A DNA stretch of 64,000 nt, from positions 115,925,952 through 115,989,951 of the forward strand of contig NC_068986.1 of the NCBI RefSeq assembly GCF_001194135.2. Reading direction: 5' to 3'. The stretch is from Octopus bimaculoides. Lineage: Eukaryota. The position numbers and the translations under genes are program-made. This document shows, in pieces, positions 55,041-64,000 of the stretch (position 1 is its first letter; each line of letters opens with the position of its first letter). A model generated the notes under the pieces. The model had not been told where the DNA came from. It saw nothing but the letters and a program-made list of their open reading frames with translations, and made no database searches.

Positions 55041-55445
55041 GGTGCAGGTATGACTGTGGTAATAGGTTTCCTTCCCAACCACATGGTTCCAGGTTCAGTC
55101 CCACTCCATGGCACCCTGGGCATGTGTCTTCTGCTGTAACTAACCATGAGCCGATCAAAGCCTTGTGAGTGGATTTGGTAGATGGAAAATGAAAGAAGCC
55201 TGTGTGGTATGTGTATGTGTGTGTGTGTGTGTCTTTATGTCTGTGTTTGTCCCCCACCACTGCTCGACAACCAGTGTCGGTGTGTTTACATTCCTGTAAC
55301 TTAGCAGTTTGGCAAAAGATACCAATAGAATAAATACCAGGCTTTAAAAAAATGTACTGGGGTTCATTCATTTGATTTAAAGATTCTTCAAGGCTGTGCC
55401 CCAACATGGCCACAGCCAATTGACTGAAACAGGTAAAAAGAAAAA
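55041..55445 (+). mobile_element. SINE family A variant copy
   Basis: Same head, diverged tail. Confidence 0.7.
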
Positions 55446-56294
55446 AAGAAAAATATTTATTTCTTTATTGCCCGGGGAGGGGGGAGTAGGGGGCTAAACA
55501 TAGAGGGGACAAACAAGGAGAGACANNNNNNNNNNAAGATACCAATAGAATAAATACCAGGCTTTAAAAAAATGTACTGGGGTTCATTCATTTGATTTAA
55601 AGATTCTTCAAGGCTGTGCCCCAACATGGCCACAGCCAATTGACTGAAACAGGTAAAAAGAAAAAAAGAAAAATATTTATTTCTTTATTGCCCGGGGAGG
55701 GGGGAGTAGGGGGCTAAACATAGAGGGGACAAACAAGGAGAGACAAAAGGATTAAGTTGATTACATTGACCCCAGTGCATAACTGGTACTTATTTAATCG
55801 ACCCCAAAAGGATGAAAGGCAAAGTCGACCTTGACAGAATTTGAACTCAGAACGTAACGGCAGATAAAATACCGCTAAGCATTTCGCCCTGCGTGCTAAC
55901 GATTCTGCCAGCTTACCACCCGAACCAAAATATATATATTGTTAATACTATTGTGTGGCTTGTATTCTACGCACTAATCTATGTCACAGTTTGGTGCCCG
56001 GTGTTGTACTGCACTGGGTCCAGAAGTGGAGTGAGACCCACTGCTGGGCCTGAACCTTGGTCATGTGTCATGCTTCACTGTACATAGGTTCTACATAATT
56101 ATCCTCCAACTGGATGAGTTCTTTTGACAGCAAACATTTACCACATCAGAAGGGAGAAAAAGCACCTAGGATTCTTCCTCAAGAATACACCTGTGCCTTA
56201 CAGGTGATGGCACTTTGAGCTGTACTGTTTTGAGTGACATGACTGCAGCCTTGCTAGGGTACCACCTTTACACTTGGTGGCATGTATCATGTTT

Positions 56295-56960
56295 ATCATC
56301 ATCATCATCATCATTTAACGTCCATTGTCCATGCTGGCATGGGTTGGCCGGTTTGACCAGGGCTGGTAAGCTGGAAGGCTGCACCAGTCTGATATGGCAT
56401 GGTTTTCTAAAGATGGATGCCCTTCCTAACACCAAACACTCCGAGAGTGTAACGTGTGTTTTTATGTGCCACTGGCACAGGTGCCATTTGTGTGACACTG
56501 GTATATGCCATGGTTGTGATTTTGCTCGGCTTGACAGGTATTCTTCTCAACACAACATAATGTCAAAGGTGTAAAGGTTGTTTGCCAACCTAACATGGTA
56601 GACCTGGTTTAGGACGAATGTTGCTGTAATTTGGCCCCAGGAGACATCGTCTCCAGATGGCTATGCAACACAATCTGTGTCCTTACATTTTTCAAACAAG
56701 AGAATCTAGCACCCCAACTCAGCTGAAAACAATATCTGTGTATCACGATTTCTGGGTGATTTCCCTTCATGTTACGTTGGCAAACAGTCTTTACTCCAAA
56801 GTACTGTTGCTGAATATCTCTCGTGAGATTTAGAAATAGTAATTTTCTAATGTCAAAGGTCTTGGTCATTGCCTCTGTAAGGCCCAACACTCAAAAGGAA
56901 CTCAGCCACTTTGCCTCCAGGAAGCCCAGTGCTCGAAAGGAACTTGGCCCCTTTGCCTCC
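56295..56960 (-). mobile_element. RTE 3'UTR/tail copy interrupted by a 277-bp insertion
   Basis: The host matches the 30895-31260 copy on both sides of 56571-56847. Confidence 0.7.
56571..56847. mobile_element. Unclassified 277-bp insertion: 27-bp inverted arms plus unpaired tail, 13-bp TSD
   Basis: Arms 56571-56597 / 56768-56794 (24/27 complementary). TSD TAATGTCAAAGGT at 56558-56570 and 56848-56860. Confidence 0.75.
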
Positions 56961-57329
56961 CTTATATCAATTGTTTTAGGTGCCGATGTAGTTGGAAATG
57001 GATAGACACTCTCCCTGTTTTCTCATCAATATCTGGAATTGTGATGACTGGAGAGAGAGAGAGGGAGAGAGAGCTGCTCCAGCTGTGCCTGGCTGGTATG
57101 CCTATTCAGCCGTGTGGAGTAGAGCTGGATGAAATAAAGTGCTTGCCACCTTATATCAGAATTGAACCCACAGCCTTGCAATCATGAGCTCAACACTCTA
57201 ACCACTAAGCTGTCTGACTTGATACAAATACACCCCCCCCCCCTCCGAGCATACAGAAGAAGCTGCATAGTTAGAGAAAAGGTAGGTAGTCAGAAAAACC
57301 AGGTAAACTAATGGATATTTGGATATTGA

Positions 57330-57720
57330 TAGGTTGTCATGATAGGTGGGTACATAGGTAGGACAGGTAAGTTGGTAGATAGGTAGACAGCCTACCCACC
57401 ATACAGGTAAACAGAGATATAGGCAGGTTGATTGGTTTGGCTGATGTCTAGGCTGGTAGTTGTGTAGGTATGTTGGTAGGTAGGCATGTAGCCAGGTAGA
57501 CAGATAGGTTAATAGGTAGGTAAGTAGACAGGCAGTTTTTCAGCAGGTATGTCCATAGTAGATTGGAAGATAGGTAGGTAGGTAGGTAGGTAGGTAGGTA
57601 GGTAGGTAGGTAGGTAGTCATATTGGCTGGTAGTCATACAGATAGATAAGATTGGGAGCTAGGTTGGCAGGTAGATGAAAGGACAAACAGATTTTGTTAG
57701 GTGGGCAAAGAAGACTTTAA
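57330..57720. repeat. Degenerate and pure (TAGG)n tetranucleotide region
   Basis: Pure run at ~57573-57617. Confidence 0.85.
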
Positions 57721-58646
57721 TAGTGTTTACCTACCTCCACGCCTACCTACCCACTCACCTCCCCCACCTCCTCGTTCCTCTCCCTCCCTACCTTCAGTGG
57801 TTGCAATGATGGTAGAACTGATATTGCAGGGATTACAGTGGGGGGGGGGGGTATGTGGTAATGTTACATGTAAAAATGGGGTTGTGGTGGTATTGGTGTA
57901 GCTAGTGTTGTTTGTGTGGTAGTAGTGATGGTGATGATGTCAATGAGTTGTGATAGTATTGGCGAAGCCTGTGGTGGTGCTGTGCTTGTCAGTGTGGTTT
58001 GGGCCGTAGTAATAATGGTGGTGATGTCTTTGAGGTGTGGTGATGTTTCTATGGTTTGTGTTGGTGGCCTTAGTGGTTGGGGTGGTGCTGGTGGTGATGG
58101 TTACGGTGGTATGGGTTTGTGTGGTGTGGTGGTGTTTACTGGGTATAGGTTGTGGTGATGACAGTGGTGGTATGGTTGCTTGCTGTTGCTGTTTAATCAC
58201 AGGTCAGCTCTGATCGAGCAAGCCTATGATCAAAGACCTTCCAGTTCTGACCATCCAGCCTTTTTACTGGCAGGGGTTGAGGACAGAGAAAACCCGGGAA
58301 CACATGTTTTTTGCTTTAAGAGTGTGATTTGAGAGAGACTTGGCTGCCATTTTTAGCATTTCAAGTGACCATATAGATGCTTCCTCATTGGTTAATAATG
58401 ATGGTGGTGTGACCAAAGTATGTGGGTGGGTGATGTCTTTAGACAGTCCATTGTAAGGGTATGAGGAGGTGGGTACAGTTCCACCCCCAACTACTGTTAT
58501 TTGCTATAACTCTCTCTCTCTCTCTCTCCCCTAACTACATATATATTGCCTTACCTCTTACTGGGGTATTGTATCATATCAAGGTGACTGGGGTTTGGAG
58601 AAGCACTTGGCTGCCAGGTACGCCACTGTGTCTGTATGGCTCAGTA

Positions 58647-58680
<34 letters not shown>

Positions 58681-59389
58681 GTATATGACTATGTGAGTAT
58701 TTTTGTATAGGCAAAAATGTATGTGTGTGTGTGTGTATTTATAAAGCGAGGGAAAGAGAGCTTGTGTTTGTTTGTGTGTGGCAGAGGGTGGGGTATCTTG
58801 ATGGCTAGCAATAAAGATGGAGTGAACTGTGGCCATGCTGTAGCAATGCCTTCAAGGATCTTAGTCTGTCATTTTGAACCCAGGTTTTATTTCAGCCTTG
58901 TACTTATTTTATTGATCTTGCTATCAAACTGCTAAGTTGCCGGACCTAAAGTGTAAACAATAACATTGTGTTTTCTTTTAGTTTGATGTTAACATAAACA
59001 CACACACACACACTCACACACACACATACACACACACACGTGCGCACACACACACATCATGTTAGCTTCTGCATAGTTTCTCTCAAATTCTGTTCACAAG
59101 GTGTTACTCAAGCCGCAGCCATTGCAGAAGATATTTACCCACAGAGCTGTGCAGTGAGATTGAACCTGGAATCGCATGGTTGTGAAGTTGACTTCTGCAT
59201 GGTGGAGACAACTACACTTACGTTCACGTGTGTGTATGTGTGTGAACTCTTTTTGCACATCTCGTATATGTTGTATGTGAAGAAATCTGTTTTTTATGTA
59301 TGTGTTTGCTGTTCAGAATAGTATCTGTAATGCGAGTGTGTGTAAAAGAGAAGAGAAAGGGGGGAGAATAACAGTATATTTCAGAAGAA

Positions 59390-59429
59390 AAATGTGTGTG
59401 TGTGTGTGTGTGTGTGTGTACATGCACAC

Positions 59430-59467
<38 letters not shown>

Positions 59468-59484
59468 GTTTATATCTATCTTTC

Positions 59485-59515
<31 letters not shown>

Positions 59516-59790
59516 TTTTATATATGTATGTTTATATATGTTTATATATATATAAACATATATATTTATATGTATGTTTATATCTATCTATATATATTTA
59601 TATCTATCTATCTTATATATATATGTTTATATCTATCTATCTATATATGTTTATATCTCTTTATATGTATATGTTTATATATATATATATGATGATGATG
59701 ATGTGATGTACATGTGTGTGTGTATATATATATGTGTATGTGTATATATATGTACATGTGCATATAAGTGTGTATATGTATATACCCATG
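59390..59790. repeat. Compound (TG)n/(TA)n/(TATC)n microsatellite
   Basis: Directly visible. Confidence 0.9.
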
Positions 59791-59892
59791 CTAGCATGGA
59801 AGGTGGACATTAAACGATGATGTATATATATAAATTGTCCAACCCATGCTAGCATGGAAAGCGGACGTTAAACGATGATGATGATGATGATG
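59784..59892 (+). mobile_element. Two ultra-short tandem RTE-type 3' tails in an AT microsatellite
   Basis: ACCCATGCTAGCATGGAA.G.GGAC.TTAAACGATGATG occurs twice. Confidence 0.75.
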
Positions 59893-60078
59893 ATATATAC
59901 ATATATATTTCTGTGCATATGTATATATACATATTTGTCTTTGTATGTGTGTGTGTATATTCTGTGTGTCCTAAATATTTCCCTAAATCTTCTCTTATAC
60001 TGGAAGATCCTGTTTTCAAGCAGTTTTCTGGTCAGACAGTGAACTGGGTCATGTGAGGTAGAGACGGAGTGGGGGCAG

Positions 60079-60128
<50 letters not shown>

Positions 60129-62885
60129 AGAGAGTATTTGTATGATTATGTACAAATATTTATATGTATGTTGTTGTTGTTTAGCCCTAGGTAAACCCTG
60201 ATTAAGTAGACTTAGGATCAGTGCCATTCTTAGCCTTGGCCATCCTGCCTTTTTGTATATATTCAGCACTGAATTATTTTTTTATTTCGTTTATAAAAGA
60301 CATTATGATGTGATCTAATGGAGATTTGACTGTTGTTTCTAGCATGTCAGTCAACAGGTTCAGATTGTCTACAAAGAAGTTGTAAGGTGTGTGTGTATGT
60401 GTGTATCTCTTTTTAAAAGAATTATTTGAAATATTTCTGTAAAGAAAGAGCAGGTTCCTAACAAACTAACAAAAAAAAAAAACTAAAAAAAAACTTCATT
60501 GCTGGAATTTAAGTCAAAACAGGAAAGAGTTTTGTGTTGAACTTCAAAAAAAAAACCAAAAGTCTCGAATATTTTCACTGTTCCACTTATAAATAGAGTT
60601 TGCAGAGCACAAAATGGCTGGTCTATTGTTTGTGTGAAAAGCGAAGGATTTTGAGGTGCTTATCTCAATGTCATTGTCCAGTTTAACATCGTCTGGCCAA
60701 CAACTGGTCACCTTTAGTGGAATTCACTTTGTTACATGTATTGAAGGACAGTTTCATCTCCTTCATCCTTTATGTCTTGGGTGCCACCCTTCCCCCTCAG
60801 AATAAGCTGTTTAGAGAGAGGGAGAGGGATAGAGAGAGAGAGGGGGGGGGGTGGAATGAATATCTGCTTACAGGTGACTTTTACCTTTTTCTTGCTTCAG
60901 TTATTGGATGCTGGCCATACTGGGGCACTATCTTGAAGGGTTTTGTCAAACAAAATGACCCCCAACATTTTTGTTTTTTTAAGTCGTGATGCTTGTTTGT
61001 TATCGTTTGGTGATCCACTAATTTACAAGGACATAAACAAACCAACACTAAGAAGGCACAGGCATGGCTGTGTGGTAAGAAGCTTGTTTCCCAACCACAT
61101 GGTTCCAGGTTCAGTCCTGCCTTGGGACATAGTATGCATGTGTCTTCTACATTAGCCTCAGGCTAACCAAAGCCTGGTGAATGGATTTGGAAGACAGACC
61201 AAAGAAAAACAGGTGTGTGTGCGTACGTACCTGCCTGCCTGCCTGCCTGTCTATCTAGCTAGCTAGCTAGATAGATAGATAGATAGGCAGACAGACAGAC
61301 AAATAAATAGATAGACAGACAGACATGCATGTTTGAGTGTGTGTGTGTTAGTGTCTCCTTGCTTTGATACGATGCAATAGTTGTAAACAGGAGTCACTGT
61401 CATGCAAGCAGTGTCCTTTGTTTCCAATCATCCGTGAAAACATGTCTGGTCTGGGGAAATATTACCTTGCTTGGAAACAGATGAGGGTTGGTGACAGGGA
61501 GGGCATCCAGTCATATAAAATCTGCTTCAATGAATTCTGTATGACCCATGTAAGCATGGAAAAGTGGATGTTAAAACAATGGTGATGATAATGATGACGA
61601 TATACAATGGGCTTCCACACAGTTTCTATCTACAAAATTCACTCACAAAGTATTGGTTGGCCCAGGGCTATAATAGAAGATACTTGCCTAAGATGCCACA
61701 CAGTGAACTGAACCTGAGACCATGTGGTTGTAAAGTGAACAGCCAGCCAGCCAGCCAATGATTATGTATGCAAATGTAAATTGATTATCTGGACACTGAT
61801 TTTCAATGAAATGTTCACATCATACTGTTGTACACTTTGACCTCCAGAGGTCCATATGGGTGTTTAAAGAAAATTTTTTTTTATCTCAAACAACTATGTC
61901 AGTCTTGTTGGGAGTGTGCATGAGAGAGAAAGAAAGAGAGAGAGAGAGAGAGAGAGAACAAACAAGTATGGGGGTGAGAGGGGGAGCTAAAGCTTTTCTA
62001 TGAACAACTATTTTCTAGCCGCACGCTTAAGTTTATAACTACACATGTACACTGTCCAAGTAGATACACACTAGTGTGGATGGCTTGGTTGAGGCCAGTG
62101 TGACCCTGGTGACATGCATCTAATTACTACGGTATCATCAGGTTTTGAAAAAGTCATTGAAAGTGTGAGGCTGTTTCCATTGATATGCATATTGGACAAC
62201 TCACTGTTACTCTCTCTCTCACACACACACACACACACAAAACTATACCTTCGGCTTATAGAATTAGGTTTTCTGTAATTTGGGGTTTTCTTAATAAACT
62301 GAATTTTCGGAATATAAGTAGTTGGCAACCTCACTGGTGCTAGGAGGGGTAGTTCACTTTGTAAAGTGGTTGGCAGTAGGAAGGCATCCAGTTGTAGAAA
62401 CCATGTCAAAACAGGCACAGAGCCTAGCAGAGTTATCCCGTTCGTGTGTTCTTGCCAAACCATCCAACCCATACCAGCAGGGGGNNNNNNNNNNNNNNNN
62501 NNNNNNNNNNNNNNNNNNNNNNNNNNNNNNNNNNNNNNNNNNNNNNNNNNNNNNNNNNNNNNNNNNNNNNNNNNNNNNNNNNNNNNNNNNNNNNNNNNNN
62601 NNNNNNNNNNNNNNNNNNNNNNNNNNNNNNNNNNNNNNNNNNNNNNNNNNNNNNNNNNNNNNNNNNNNNNNNNNNNNNNNNNNNNNNNNNNNNNNNNNNN
62701 NNNNNNNNNNNNNNNNNNNNNNNNNNNNNNNNNNNNNNNNNNNNNNNNNNNNNNNNNNNNNNNNNNNNNNNNNNNNNNNNNNNNNNNNNNNNNNNNNNNN
62801 NNNNNNNNNNNNNNNNNNNNNNNNNNNNNNNNNNNNNNNNNNNNNNNNNNNNNNNNNNNNNNNNNNNNNNNNNNNNNNNNNNNNN

Positions 62886-62922
<37 letters not shown>

Positions 62923-62986
62923 TTTTTTTTTCAGGATTAGATAAAAAGAAAGCAACAAACGGAAAACTTGATATACCTATATAGAT

Positions 62987-63403
62987 ACTCTCTTTACTCT
63001 CTTTTACTTGTTTCAGTCATTTGACTGCGGCCATGCTGGAGCACCACCTTTAGTCAAGCAAATCCACCCCAGAACTTATTCTTTGTAAGCCCAGTACTTA
63101 TTCTATCGGTATCTTTTGCCGAACCGCTAAGTTATGGGGACGTAAACACATCAGCATTGGTTGTCAAGCGATAGTGGGGGTACAAACACAGACACACAGA
63201 CATGCACATATCTCTATATATATATATACACACATATATACGACGGGCTTCTTTCAGTTTCCGTCTAGCAAATCCACTCACAAGACTTTGGTCAGCCCAA
63301 GGCTATAGTAGAAGACACTTGCCCAAGGTGCCACGCAGTGGGACTGAACCCGGAACCATGTGGTTGGTAAGCAAGCTACTTACCACACAGCCACTCCTGC
63401 ACC
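62987..63403 (-). mobile_element. SINE family A copy, well preserved
   Basis: Same head and tail, reverse orientation. Confidence 0.85.
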
Positions 63404-63679
63404 TATGTAATTTTTTTAAAATGTAATTTTTTAAAAAAACTGAAGACACTCACAAGAAACTTGCTGGGAATGGGACCAAAACATAATGAAATGAAACAGA
63501 CTCGAGACAAGACCGTTAGTGGACAGATGATGGACAAAACAATAAACAGAATAAAGGCTTAGGGCCAGATAAGGACAACAATTAATAATAATAATAATAC
63601 ATATACAACAAAACAAAGCTGTGGGGCTGCAAAACAGACAAAAGTGGGTAATGCAAAGGTGAAATGAAAGATTATATAT

Positions 63680-64000
63680 ATCAACTGCTACAAAGGTAAA
63701 GGTGACGCTTTAGATACAAATAATTACAGAGGCATCAAGCTGTTAGATCAGGTTATGAAAGTTACAGAGAAGGTCATAGCCCAACTAATTAGGGAGCGAA
63801 TCAATTTAGATGAGATGCAGTTTGGGTTTGTGCCAGGTAAAAGCATCACTGATGCCATATTTCTAGTAAGACAGCTGCAGGAGAAATACCTAGCTAAGGA
63901 TAAACCTCTGTACCTGGCTTTCGTTGACATGGAGAAAGCCTTTGACAGGGTCCCCCGATCCCTTATCTGGTGGTCAATGAGGAAACTTGGGATAGAAGAA
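63680..64000 (+). mobile_element. RTE-clade LINE reverse transcriptase, 5'-truncated, open frame running off the window end
   Basis: 107 stop-free codons: INCYKGKGDALDTNNYRGIKLL...QFGFVPGKSITDAIF...YLAFVDMEKAFDRVP. Confidence 0.92.

Noticed and set aside
55316-55745. 210-bp perfect tandem duplication
   Set aside because: The copies are identical and separated by exactly 10 Ns: an unmerged contig overlap (assembly artifact).
60580-60625. TATAAATA box as an alternative MLK promoter
   Set aside because: Common motif in AT-rich DNA, with no downstream exon evidence.

Overview
AT-rich, microsatellite-rich eukaryotic genomic DNA with many N gaps. The repeat content suggests an Octopus draft assembly (inference, not a database result). 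One clear host gene: the first coding exon of a mixed-lineage kinase (MLK, MAP3K9/10/11/slipper family; SH3 plus kinase through HRDLKSSN, + strand, donor at 18931). I found no exon 2 by eye in the remaining ~45 kb. The rest is mobile DNA: several tRNA-headed SINE families, RTE LINE fragments and tails, an R4/Dong-type LINE remnant, a LINE C-terminus with three C2H2 fingers, a Helitron fragment, mariner and hAT MITEs, and a lone 28S rRNA fragment. The most striking signal is eight minimal type-I hammerhead ribozyme motifs at six loci, mostly with a palindromic helix III typical of Penelope-like element pseudo-LTRs. Two loci are inverted pairs. One of these (39380-39819) fuses a tRNA-like Pol III head to a ribozyme-bearing pLTR, with a 13-bp target-site duplication: a candidate Penelope-mobilised, self-cleaving SINE/retrozyme. 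All calls were made by eye; repeat boundaries are approximate.
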